Positions 8,922 through 17,163 of a stretch of 25,134 nucleotides of DNA are shown here, one piece after another; position 1 is the first letter of the stretch, and each line of letters begins with the position of its first letter. The notes beneath the pieces were generated by a model. That model was given only the letters and a program-made list of their open reading frames with translations. It did not search any database and had not been told where the DNA came from. Location: positions 1-25,134 of IMG/VR virus record IMGVR_UViG_3300034013_000063; one strand, given 5' to 3'. Origin of the DNA: a virus (taxonomy: Duplodnaviria > Caudoviricetes). The translations under genes and the position numbers were made by a program.

Positions 8922-9700
8922 GTAACTGTGATTCCTTTGGATTCAGATCCGTCAAAAGCGGCTTGTAGTGCTGCGGCAATGTGGTTTTCAAGCTCACGCG
9001 CTTCATCGTTGTAGGCTTGTTGCATCGCTTTGGCGTAGATTCCTTCGACGGTCCCAACCTGATTGTCAGCCAACCCAATGTTCATGCGGACATAACTCGA
9101 TGGATTGAATCCGGCTTTGGCGTTGTACGCATAGGCTGAAGAGCCTTTGTGCATAGCAACATTCTCCTGCGGCAAGCCGTATTGATTGGCAAGATTGATT
9201 AACGCTTGGTTTCCAGCTACGGACTTAACGCCAGCAGATCCCTTCTTAGCTCGTCGAGTTCCGCCAAATTGCTGAAAGGATGGTGACAGCTTTTTGATGG
9301 CTTTAGTCACGCATGACTTGAGGTATCCAACAGAACCAGCAGCGCGACGGCGTAAAGCTCCAGCAGCCTTTCGCATATCTGCACCGTAGAGACCGGGTTT
9401 TCCAGCCTTCGCGTTCTTGGCTTGCGCGATTAAGTGAACCACTCGCAACTGTCGAGATTTACCCACTCGCTTGCCGGTCTTCTTGTCAAAGCGATCCGCT
9501 CCAACTGGTCTGTTGAAGTAGTCCAGAATCTTGTTACGAGCCGCTTGTGGCGACTTTGGAGGCAACAAGCAGTAGAGCCGCAGCATCAAGAAAAACGTGC
9601 GAGCGTTGACGGCATCAGCAAGAGAACGCTTGGTCTTGGGGAGGTACTCCTTCCAAGCCGCATCAAACCTCGACGTATCAACTGTGACGGTTGGAGTCAT
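8918..9700 (-). CDS. Neck/tail completion protein (lambda gpZ / HK97 gp10 position, 260 aa)
   Basis: Very basic and helical, N-terminal TVTVDTSRF. Sits between the head-closure and terminator genes with ATGA overlaps. Confidence 0.55.
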   Translation of the reverse strand: MTPTVTVDTSRFDAAWKEYLPKTKRSLADAVNARTFFLMLRLYCLLPPKSPQAARNKILDYFNRPVGADRFDKKTGKRVGKSRQLRVVHLIAQAKNAKAGKPGLYGADMRKAAGALRRRAAGSVGYLKSCVTKAIKKLSPSFQQFGGTRRAKKGSAGVKSVAGNQALINLANQYGLPQENVAMHKGSSAYAYNAKAGFNPSSYVRMNIGLADNQVGTVEGIYAKAMQQAYNDEARELENHIAAALQAAFDGSESKGITVT

Positions 9701-10152
9701 TTGGTTTTAGAGCCGAGTTCAAGAGCGTAGTAAGCTCCAGAGCCATCACGTTTTGCGGACATAATCCGCATCTGGCGACCGTCGTAAGTGATGAGCCTTC
9801 CCACAACCGGAAGCATCTTCCCGAAAGTCAGCAACAAGCGGTCTGTGTTCTCTTGGAGGAGCAGACTACCGCTCTCCTGCAAGAGACGGTCAACATTGGC
9901 TCCTACATCACAAGACCAGACCGCAGCGTCAACGGTTACCAGCGTGGAGTCAGCCAAACGCCAGTCGGAAAACTTGACCAAGACTCGCGCTTGGACGTTG
10001 TCTTGGAACCCGCCGGAGATAACCGAGTTAGCATCAGTAATTGCAGCGGGTAGACAGCGCACCAGCACTCCCTGCCACAAGAACGACGGGTTTCCCATCG
10101 CGCTTTGTAGCACAGACATCCCCAACTGGAGACTGGTTGCGATTAGATTCAC
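9697..10152 (-). CDS. Putative head-closure/head-tail joining protein (gpFII-like) with an internal repeat insertion (151 aa)
   Basis: C-terminal PVVGRLITYDGRQMRIMSAKRDGSGAYYALEL fits a gpFII-type barrel. Residues ~66-108 look inserted. Confidence 0.6.
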   Translation of the reverse strand: MNLIATSLQLGMSVLQSAMGNPSFLWQGVLVRCLPAAITDANSVISGGFQDNVQARVLVKFSDWRLADSTLVTVDAAVWSCDVGANVDRLLQESGSLLLQENTDRLLLTFGKMLPVVGRLITYDGRQMRIMSAKRDGSGAYYALELGSKTK

Positions 10153-10649
10153 GAAGTGAAGTAAGTGCCGCTGACAATGAGTCGGGAGGTTGCTTGCAGG
10201 TGATCAGCAAGACTAGTTGCGTCTCCATTCTCAAAATGCGAAAGCTCGCAATAACTGGTTCCGGTTATTGCTCTAGCTATTATTGAAGTCTTGGCTTGAT
10301 TGGTCCCGTTATCAAGCCAGACAGAAAACGCTGCTTCGTACAAAACCGGATCAGGAAGAGTCAATCGAAGGTTGCCGGTAGCACTACCAGCAACGGAATT
10401 GATCGTCAGATCAACCGTGAACGTGCTAACAAATCCAATCGAAGTATGTCGAGCAGTGTTAGTGGTAAAAGCAAAAGTGCGACCACCACCGGAATCTGTG
10501 AGAGCGGGAGTCCACGTTGTTGGAGAAACCAACGGGAGTGCAGCATACAACTCCGTAAAGTTGTCGTTCGCTTTGATCCAACTGCCGCGCAACGTATCAC
10601 CGTTGTTGTCGTTTGCGGTTGATCCGACATTGATAACTTGTTGTGACAT
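10149..10649 (-). CDS. Short fibre/spike protein with a T4 gp9/gp10-like N-terminal motif (166 aa)
   Basis: QVINVGSTANDNNGDTLRGSWIKANDNFTELY N-terminus followed by a beta-sandwich-like head (TWTPAL...GNLRLTLP...IVSGTYF). Confidence 0.72.
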   Translation of the reverse strand: MSQQVINVGSTANDNNGDTLRGSWIKANDNFTELYAALPLVSPTTWTPALTDSGGGRTFAFTTNTARHTSIGFVSTFTVDLTINSVAGSATGNLRLTLPDPVLYEAAFSVWLDNGTNQAKTSIIARAITGTSYCELSHFENGDATSLADHLQATSRLIVSGTYFTS

Positions 10650-10650
10650 A

Positions 10651-10881
10651 TCAGTCTTTCGGCAATGCGTACCAACCTTCGGGAAGCGTTATCTGGTTCT
10701 GAGAGCGAACAGATACACCATCCGCTCCTTTGACCCATACGCGAGCTTTAACGCTCTCAGCAAGCCTTACTGGCTCACCGTGAGGCACCATAACCACGCG
10801 AGACCCACAGCCGCAACTAGCGATCAGACTTAGCAATACGATCCAGCAACTTCTTTTTGAGGTCTGGATCTCGTTTTGCAT
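10651..10881 (-). CDS. Lipoprotein, putative o-spanin (76 aa)
   Basis: KR, hydrophobic WIVLLSLIA, then a lipobox-like SC/GC. Its 5' end overlaps the upstream small gene in another frame, as in Rz/Rz1 pairs. Confidence 0.6.
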   Translation of the reverse strand: MQNEIQTSKRSCWIVLLSLIASCGCGSRVVMVPHGEPVRLAESVKARVWVKGADGVSVRSQNQITLPEGWYALPKD

Positions 10882-10960
10882 CTTCAACGGTGGGCGGTGT
10901 TTGAACAAAACCAGTCAACCACTTAAGCAGAGCGGTAACGATCTGTTCGATGAAATTCAC
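10817..10960 (-). CDS. Small protein, putative i-spanin-like (47 aa)
   Basis: Hand-read, GTG overlapping the upstream TGA: MNFIEQIVTALLKWLTGFVQTPPTVEDAKRDPDLKKKLLDRIAKSDR. Hydrophobic/amphipathic N-terminus with a charged tail. Confidence 0.5.
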   Translation of the reverse strand: MNFIEQIVTALLKWLTGFVQTPPTVEDAKRDPDLKKKLLDRIAKSDR

Positions 10961-11136
10961 TCGGTCTTTTTGTCAGCGTCTTTGGCAGCGATCAAACCGA
11001 AGCCAATGGTCACAGCAGCAATGGTCGCAGCAAGATCAATGTTGGTCGTAGGGTCACCATCGAACAGAGATTTCAAAGCACCGCCAATGGCAACCATGAT
11101 TGCGCCAACACCGGCAAGAGTAGTTTTCCAGTTCAT
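10957..11136 (-). CDS. Holin-like two-TM membrane protein (59 aa)
   Basis: Hand-read: MNWKTTLAGVGAIMVAIGGALKSLFDGDPTTNIDLAATIAAVTIGFGLIAAKDADKKTE. Two hydrophobic segments, charged C-terminus, ATGA coupling. Confidence 0.7.
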   Translation of the reverse strand: MNWKTTLAGVGAIMVAIGGALKSLFDGDPTTNIDLAATIAAVTIGFGLIAAKDADKKTE

Positions 11137-11303
11137 TTTTTAAAGGTTTTATACAGACCGATTGATGCTGCAATAAAGGCTAAAACAGCAGCCCCAAGCT
11201 GGAACCACTGAGTTAGTTGAGGAAGGAATGAGACCGCACCAGCAGCGGCAGCGGTCGCTAGAGAGATCCCAACTCCGCTGCTGTTGTTAGTGTCGGTTTG
11301 CAT
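11133..11303 (-). CDS. Small membrane protein, holin/antiholin-like (56 aa)
   Basis: Hand-read: MQTDTNNSSGVGISLATAAAAGAVSFLPQLTQWFQLGAAVLAFIAASIGLYKTFKK. One or two TM segments, basic C-terminus, coupled to both neighbours. Confidence 0.65.
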   Translation of the reverse strand: MQTDTNNSSGVGISLATAAAAGAVSFLPQLTQWFQLGAAVLAFIAASIGLYKTFKK

Positions 11304-11455
11304 TACTCGGGTTTTGGCTGAGACGCTTCAACGATGATATCGACAAGCGGCAAAGCGAACTTTGCGTTTTGAATGCCTCCTGCTTTGACGGCAATGTCAA
11401 TGAGTTGAAGCAGATGGCTGACTTGTTCTTGAGTAAGCTTGATTGAGATTTCCAT
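11303..11455 (-). CDS. Small helical hypothetical protein (50 aa), possibly a fibre-assembly factor
   Basis: MEISIKLTQEQVSHLLQLIDIAVKAGG...; ATG at 11455, 1 nt after the upstream stop. Confidence 0.6.
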   Translation of the reverse strand: MEISIKLTQEQVSHLLQLIDIAVKAGGIQNAKFALPLVDIIVEASQPKPE

Positions 11456-11456
11456 A

Positions 11457-11822
11457 TTAGACAGGGAGAGCGTCAGCGAAAACCACCGGCTCCGCAACCT
11501 TAACAACGGGAACCCACGGCAACGGAGGAGCGATGATCGGCGGATTGATCTGATTCTCGATCTGCTGCGTCACGTTCGCTTCGATAGCGGTCTTATCGAC
11601 ACCGTTCTCGTAGCACCAGTTTAAGACCTGCGCTTCGGTCAGTTGGTCGTAAGGCGTGAACTCACCAGACGGCGGCTGGAAAGAGCAGGTGCCGTAGCAG
11701 GTGCCGCTGTATTGGTCCTGAGTGCCATTGCAACGCCAGTCGGCGGTGATGACGACATCGGGATTGCTGCCTTCGATGGGCTTAACGAGAAGGCGTTCAA
11801 TGATCCAGAGGATGGTAGGCAT
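11457..11822 (-). CDS. Conserved phage protein following a fibre gene (possible fibre chaperone, 121 aa)
   Basis: DVVITADWRC...FTPYDQLTEAQVLNW...NPP...PLPW, a pattern I recall from aquatic phage genes downstream of fibres. GC-rich codons. Confidence 0.65.
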   Translation of the reverse strand: MPTILWIIERLLVKPIEGSNPDVVITADWRCNGTQDQYSGTCYGTCSFQPPSGEFTPYDQLTEAQVLNWCYENGVDKTAIEANVTQQIENQINPPIIAPPLPWVPVVKVAEPVVFADALPV

Positions 11823-11833
11823 AGTCGTTTAAA

Positions 11834-12763
11834 TTAGGCGGCTGCGATTGTGGTGATAGTGCCAGAGCTTCCACGGAACTTCAGCGCACCGGACTCGACG
11901 TAGAGTTGACCCATGCTAGCAGGAGAAGTGCTTGGAGCAGTAGCGTTTGCAAGACCAATGACCTTAGCGGCAGAGGTTCCGAACGTGCTAACCCCCACGC
12001 CGACGTTGCCGGAGGAGTCGATTGTAATACGATCAACAGAATTTGTGTTTAGGTTCAACGCATTTGAACCTTCAGCGGAAAGGCGGCTGGCACCTCCAAG
12101 TGTCAGAATGCTGCTGAAATATCCGGTTCCAGCAACGTGAAGTTTATACGCGCTAGGAACCGCACCAATCCCCAACCCCGTAGAGTTGAGGGTCATGGCG
12201 AGCGTGTCATTGATTCCGAATTGAATCGCAGCAGCAGATCCTCCGGTGCTTAGAACCATTCCGTTCACCTGACCGCTTCTAACAACCAAAGCACCAGTCA
12301 AGTATGGAAATGATCCGCTGTATCCAGAACCCATCGAAAGAATCTGATTGCTTGCAGTTCCTCCGGTAAAATCAATAGCGTTGTAAGCCGCAGTTCCAGT
12401 GCTTGGGTTGTTTACAAACAAACGATTTTGACCGCTCGTGTTTTTGTATACCTCAAGCGGACAAGCCGGTGTAGCTGTGCCAGCACCAACACCAGTACTC
12501 GTAACCACCAGTTTATCCGTCCGCACCGTCAGATCGCCGGTGATGGTGGCGGAGCCAGCGGTAACGAGTCCGGTGACACTGAAAGCTCCGGTCGCAGTTG
12601 GTGAAGACGACAGAAGCTGGTTCAATCCAACCCTCTTGGTCGTGCCAGTCGTCGCCATACCCGTTGGCAAAACATCCGATACATCCACGATCACAAGCTG
12701 ATCGTTTGCGGGATCGGTTCCTGTTCCAATACTACCGAGGGCCGTAATTTTAGAGTCTGCCAT
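11834..12763 (-). CDS. Fibre protein (head or tail appendage, 309 aa)
   Basis: [10 protein letters not shown]-terminus. G/T/S/A-rich with three fibre-type repeats ([22 protein letters not shown]). Confidence 0.75.
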   Translation of the reverse strand: MADSKITALGSIGTGTDPANDQLVIVDVSDVLPTGMATTGTTKRVGLNQLLSSSPTATGAFSVTGLVTAGSATITGDLTVRTDKLVVTSTGVGAGTATPACPLEVYKNTSGQNRLFVNNPSTGTAAYNAIDFTGGTASNQILSMGSGYSGSFPYLTGALVVRSGQVNGMVLSTGGSAAAIQFGINDTLAMTLNSTGLGIGAVPSAYKLHVAGTGYFSSILTLGGASRLSAEGSNALNLNTNSVDRITIDSSGNVGVGVSTFGTSAAKVIGLANATAPSTSPASMGQLYVESGALKFRGSSGTITTIAAA

Positions 12764-12776
12764 AATTTGAAAAGCG

Positions 12777-12932
12777 TTAGTCGGTTATCAGTGAGAAAAC
12801 TATTTTGAAAAGACCGTCCTCTTGCAGCACAAGAGTCTCGTCCTCTTGCAGCATATTCCTAGCTACAAAAGTATGGTTGTAGACAGCCGAATCGCCTTCG
12901 GCAGCTAGATCCAATGACAGGTCTAAAGTCAT
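12777..12932 (-). CDS. Small acidic protein with a tandem LQED motif (51 aa)
   Basis: Hand-read, TAATG-coupled: [51 protein letters not shown]. The DNA repeat tgctgcaagaggacg occurs twice. Confidence 0.7.
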   Translation of the reverse strand: MTLDLSLDLAAEGDSAVYNHTFVARNMLQEDETLVLQEDGLFKIVFSLITD

Positions 12933-13195
12933 TAGGCGCGTGCTAGATAGGCGACAGCCCTTCCAGAAGCGAGTTGGAAGCTAGTGATACGTCCACGAAT
13001 GATAAATCCAGCAGGGAACGTGTGCGCGGTCCAAGTGCCAGAGAAGCCGAGACCGGCTATGCTGGTCAGCGTGGAGCTTTCAGTAAACTGCACGGCAGTG
13101 TAGCCAGCGGAATTGAGTGCGGTTCCGCTGATAGGAACTGCTCCCTGAAAGCCCATTGAATCCTGCGTCGCAATATCGGTTTGAACTCCGGCCAT
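12932..13195 (-). CDS. Small beta-rich virion protein (head decoration/spike-base candidate, 87 aa)
   Basis: First gene after the capsid-operon hairpin. TFPAGFIIRGRITSFQLASGRAVAY suggests a small jelly-roll-like fold (inference). Confidence 0.6.
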   Translation of the reverse strand: MAGVQTDIATQDSMGFQGAVPISGTALNSAGYTAVQFTESSTLTSIAGLGFSGTWTAHTFPAGFIIRGRITSFQLASGRAVAYLARA

Positions 13196-13210
13196 AAAAT
13201 TGTGTTTCGG

Positions 13211-13248
13211 TTAAAGGGGAGGCTGTCAGCGTGTCCAACAGCCTCCCC
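13211..13248 (-). terminator. Strong hairpin after the capsid genes (intrinsic terminator / RNA stabiliser)
   Basis: Perfect 11-bp inverted repeat GGGGAGGCTGT (13216-13226) / ACAGCCTCCCC (13238-13248). Only a short TTTAA follows on the minus strand, so it may be leaky. Confidence 0.7.
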
Positions 13249-13260
13249 AGTTTTGGTTGT

Positions 13261-13437
13261 TTAACCCTTACGAATCTTCGGTGCTAAAGCTCCCTGTACC
13301 CACAGGATGAGTTTGCCTCCTTCGGGAACAGAAACAGTGTTGAAATTGGTGCGCTGGAGAGTCGCATCAATTTCGGGACCAGCCAGCAATTTAGTTTTGC
13401 CGGTCTTGTCCACTGCTATGGTTGTTGCAATACGCAT
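13261..13437 (-). CDS. Small hypothetical protein after the major capsid gene (58 aa)
   Basis: Hand-read: MRIATTIAVDKTGKTKLLAGPEIDATLQRTNFNTVSVPEGGKLILWVQGALAPKIRKG. AAGGA upstream, fills the gap exactly. Confidence 0.7.
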   Translation of the reverse strand: MRIATTIAVDKTGKTKLLAGPEIDATLQRTNFNTVSVPEGGKLILWVQGALAPKIRKG

Positions 13438-13447
13438 ATCCTTAGGA

Positions 13448-15598
13448 TTAAGCGGTGATCAACACTTCAGCTTGCGTAGTATCCGCAGCAGCCGCACCGA
13501 ACATGATATCGTAAGACGCCATGTGAGCGCGGGTAGAACGGGAATACCAGACAGTCAGCAACACCGACAGACCGTTGCTCAACTCGACAGTGCGCTGCTC
13601 AACGAACTCGCCAGCGATCATTCCAACCGGCAGACCGCTCGCAACCGCGATAGCGTCCTGACCGCAGACGAAGCCAGCAGTGTTGGCGATAGCACCAGTG
13701 TAGTCGTTCTGCTCGAGGATGTTGGCGAATCCAAAGTAGCCATTGTTCAACGGGCCATAGCGGCTGTCAGGGAAGGGATTCGTGCCAGCGGCGGCTGTGA
13801 GCTGACCGGAGAACATGAGGCGAGCCAAGTGTCCACCGTCCAACAGAAGCATCTTCTGTCGATAATTCTTAGCCAAAGCCAAGATCGCAGGGAGATCGCT
13901 AGAATCAAAGTTGGCAGCAGTACCAATAACAGTGCCAGCACCAAACAGAGCGGCAGTCATCTGAGCGGTCACCTTCTTGCTAATGGCAAGAGCGAAGATT
14001 TCAGCAGAACCAATCGCCAAATCGCTAATAGCAAAACCCTGATTCAGTTCCTGCTGAGTGACAGTGAAGCTTTTGGTGATCTGATTAACAGTCACCGAGG
14101 TAGCGGCAAGAACGGAGTTATTAACAGCCGAATCTTCAAAGTTGGTAGCGTTATCAACCGCAGCATCTCCACTGGTGAACTTCTTAACTTGGACAGTAGC
14201 GCGGGGACGCAAGTTATCCAAGCCAACATTGCGAGTGAAACCAGCGATCATCGCCAGCTTAGTGGTAGCAACAGTGATGACAGCGTCTGCGAGATAATCG
14301 ACAACCAAGCCAGCCGCGAACGTGTTGTTTTGAGGAGCCAGCATTGCGCCCTGACGCATCAACTCGCTGTGGTTCTCAATCAAGAAACGCTGACGCTCTG
14401 CACCAGCGCGGAGAGACTTATGCTTCTCCAGCAGCGGGTTGCCCAAGTTCACGATCACGGGGCGAACCGGATCAGGAGCGGGGGCGGCGGTGGGCGACTT
14501 AATCGAAGCTTCCAGAGCGGAAAGCTTCGCAAGAATCGCGGTGAGATCAACGGGAGCGGCAGGAGCAGCCGCAGCCGTCACAGTAGTAGCAGTGTCAGAC
14601 ATATGTGTGTCGGTGGTTTGTGTTGGTTGCGGCGTGGAGTCCACGCCAGAATCGTTGATGGTTTTTTCGCCATCAGTCGAAAGTGTTTTGTCTGTATTGG
14701 TATCAGACGGCTCTTCTAGTTGAGCGAAAAGAGCAGAGAACCAATCGCGTCCAGCAGCACCTCCCCAGAGGTTTGCCGCTACATCCGCAGGAGTATTAGG
14801 TTCTGCTTCCAAGAATCGGTCGTTGCGTCCCCACCAAGCGTTAGCTTTGCGGATCTTGTTTTCGGTAGGAGCTTCGCCAGAAATCAGCGACTTAGCGTCA
14901 GCTACTGTAGCGGGTTCAAGACCGTCGCCAGCAAGACCTTCCTCGTATTGCTCAAGACCTCGACGGAGATTGTTTTTAACAGTCTCAGGAGCAGTCTTGG
15001 TGACAGCGCGAGGATGCCATTTAGCGGCCATTGCCAACTGCTTGATGGGTTTGTCCACCAAGCCAAAAGCTAGAGCCTCAGCGGTAGTAAACCAAGTCTC
15101 GGCTTTCATCGCAGCGCGGATAGACTCAGCGGAGCGTCCGGTCTTCTTATGGTACACTGCAACAAGCACCTCAGCGTGTTGATCCAAAGCCTCAGCCATC
15201 TTCCGCATATCCTCAGAAGTACCAGAAGCCATACCTGACGGATCGTGGATCATCATTAGAGCAGCGTCAGCCATCTCTACGCGATCACCGGCAAGAGCGA
15301 TAATTGACGCAATGGAAGCAGCGATACCCACAACGCGAGTGGTCACCGGAGCTTTGCGACCGCGCAATTGGTTGTAAATGCTGAGACCATCCCAGACGTT
15401 ACCACCGGGAGAGTTGATCTCTACGAGCAGCGGACCATTGCCAATCTCGTTGAGTACATCCGAAAACTGCTTTGCAGATAGACCGCTTCCACCGTACCAG
15501 TCTTCACCAATCTGATCGAAGATCTGAACGGTAGCAGGATCACCGGCAGAGTTTGCCGGAGCGTAATAAAGCCAATCTGACTTCTTGGTGAAACTCAT
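13448..15598 (-). CDS. ClpP-type (S14) prohead protease fused to an unknown domain and the major capsid protein (716 aa)
   Basis: INSPGG, GIAAS95IAS, MMIH118DP and ETWF protease motifs in aa 1-185. The C-terminal ~300 aa have capsid-like composition and end in YDIMFGAAAAD. Follows the portal. Confidence 0.9.
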   Translation of the reverse strand: MSFTKKSDWLYYAPANSAGDPATVQIFDQIGEDWYGGSGLSAKQFSDVLNEIGNGPLLVEINSPGGNVWDGLSIYNQLRGRKAPVTTRVVGIAASIASIIALAGDRVEMADAALMMIHDPSGMASGTSEDMRKMAEALDQHAEVLVAVYHKKTGRSAESIRAAMKAETWFTTAEALAFGLVDKPIKQLAMAAKWHPRAVTKTAPETVKNNLRRGLEQYEEGLAGDGLEPATVADAKSLISGEAPTENKIRKANAWWGRNDRFLEAEPNTPADVAANLWGGAAGRDWFSALFAQLEEPSDTNTDKTLSTDGEKTINDSGVDSTPQPTQTTDTHMSDTATTVTAAAAPAAPVDLTAILAKLSALEASIKSPTAAPAPDPVRPVIVNLGNPLLEKHKSLRAGAERQRFLIENHSELMRQGAMLAPQNNTFAAGLVVDYLADAVITVATTKLAMIAGFTRNVGLDNLRPRATVQVKKFTSGDAAVDNATNFEDSAVNNSVLAATSVTVNQITKSFTVTQQELNQGFAISDLAIGSAEIFALAISKKVTAQMTAALFGAGTVIGTAANFDSSDLPAILALAKNYRQKMLLLDGGHLARLMFSGQLTAAAGTNPFPDSRYGPLNNGYFGFANILEQNDYTGAIANTAGFVCGQDAIAVASGLPVGMIAGEFVEQRTVELSNGLSVLLTVWYSRSTRAHMASYDIMFGAAAADTTQAEVLITA

Positions 15599-17163
15599 TC
15601 TGTTTTCTTGGCTTTTGGTTTCCGAGTCTTCTTGACGGTAGCGGTAATCTCGTCCTGCTCTACAACAACAGGTTGCGACCCACCTTCTGACGGAGCGACT
15701 GGGGACGGAGATTCAGGAGAATCGTCTTCAATGTCAATAGCAGTTGCAACACTAGTTGCTGGACGCTCTTTCTGAATCACCGAAATCTCAGATACATCAA
15801 CGCCGTATTTAGCAGCGAGTTGACGAACAAACAAAGCTTGTTGGGCTTTTGACTCTAAAGCAGAACGCCAATCAAGACCACGCGCACCGTAAACCTCGTC
15901 AAAAGTAACAACGCCAGCCTCTAGTTCTGCCAATTGAGCCGCAGAATTACGGCCAACGTCAACATTCGGGGAGCGCGGAGCGGTAATTGATACTTCGTAC
16001 CAATCCGAGGGAGCGTCATTGAGCGTAGGATCGTTCTTGATCGCGTACTCCATCGCGTACTCGTAAATACGACGCGCCGCTGATGCCATGACTTGATGGC
16101 GAGACCGGAACCATACAGACGACATATCTAGCGCACCGCGATAAACAGTCCCCTGCATTGACTCTGGGTAAACCAGAACGTAAGGGATACCAACGCCAGC
16201 GCAGACCTTTTCGGTCAATTGTCGCCAGTACTCGCGCATATTTACACCGGGACGCTCGGTCGCAAACTGCTCAAAACTGTCACCGTTTTTCATCACCTTT
16301 ACGCCAGATCCAAAGACCTGTTCGTAATAATTCTCGGCGGTGTTTACGCTCGCTCCAGCAGTACCAGCGCGGAGGTTACTGGCTTGGACTTCGCCAGCGT
16401 CAGTCTTAACAATCTGAGCGACAGAAGCACCGAGCTTGCAAGCTTCCATCTCCAGCTTTTGCAGATCATCGAGATCGTGGAGATCGTTGATGACAGCGGA
16501 GACAAAGGGAAGACCTCTAAGTTGGCCGGGACGATTCGGTTCGTAGATATGGACTACGGAATCAGAGGGAATGGAGCGAACATCAGTCAGGTTACCCTGA
16601 GTTTTTTCCGCTCCGATAAAGTAGGAGATTGCGCGTCCAGTTCTTGGATCAAACCGGATACCGTCAAATACGGTCTCATCTGCTTGCATCCCTACTGGAG
16701 TAGCAATGGATTGAGCCTCAATAAGCTGCAATCGAGGTTTGCCAGTGTCTCCTTTGGTGAGCAGCAAGAACGATTCACCATCGTAGAACCAACCGCGAGC
16801 GGCTTGCCCCATTAGAGTGCTGAACGACTGACGAGAACCGATATCGGGATAACGGCTCCAGACATCAAACCACTTCTTTGCCTTTAAGTTCCAAGCAGAA
16901 TCACTAGAAGCTGGTTGAACCGAAAAGCTAGAGCCAACGGTGTAGCTCTCAAACAGATCACCAAGCCTATTGAGAACAGCGTTGTTTTGCTCGAAAAATC
17001 GAGACTTTCGAACAATGGCTTGACGGGTCGAACTGGTAACATCAAACCGCGCCGAAGTGTAAGACGTATCGAGATACGAACGACGCAGCGAGTTACCGGC
17101 TCCCTCGTATTTGTTAACGGGAGGAGGAAACAGTCGGTTCGCTATGTTTTGAAGGAAGCCCAT
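15595..17163 (-). CDS. Portal protein, lambda family (522 aa)
   Basis: RKSRFFEQNN, DGESF, LQLIEA, GIRFDPRTGRAISY, VVHIYEPNRPGQLRGLP and GVGIPY motifs of lambda gpB-type portals. Confidence 0.93.
   Translation of the reverse strand: MGFLQNIANRLFPPPVNKYEGAGNSLRRSYLDTSYTSARFDVTSSTRQAIVRKSRFFEQNNAVLNRLGDLFESYTVGSSFSVQPASSDSAWNLKAKKWFDVWSRYPDIGSRQSFSTLMGQAARGWFYDGESFLLLTKGDTGKPRLQLIEAQSIATPVGMQADETVFDGIRFDPRTGRAISYFIGAEKTQGNLTDVRSIPSDSVVHIYEPNRPGQLRGLPFVSAVINDLHDLDDLQKLEMEACKLGASVAQIVKTDAGEVQASNLRAGTAGASVNTAENYYEQVFGSGVKVMKNGDSFEQFATERPGVNMREYWRQLTEKVCAGVGIPYVLVYPESMQGTVYRGALDMSSVWFRSRHQVMASAARRIYEYAMEYAIKNDPTLNDAPSDWYEVSITAPRSPNVDVGRNSAAQLAELEAGVVTFDEVYGARGLDWRSALESKAQQALFVRQLAAKYGVDVSEISVIQKERPATSVATAIDIEDDSPESPSPVAPSEGGSQPVVVEQDEITATVKKTRKPKAKKTE

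Noticed and set aside
13307-14719. 470 aa plus-strand ORF
   Set aside because: Antisense shadow of the capsid gene. S/R/H/Q-rich with no motifs, and explained by codon bias on the coding strand.
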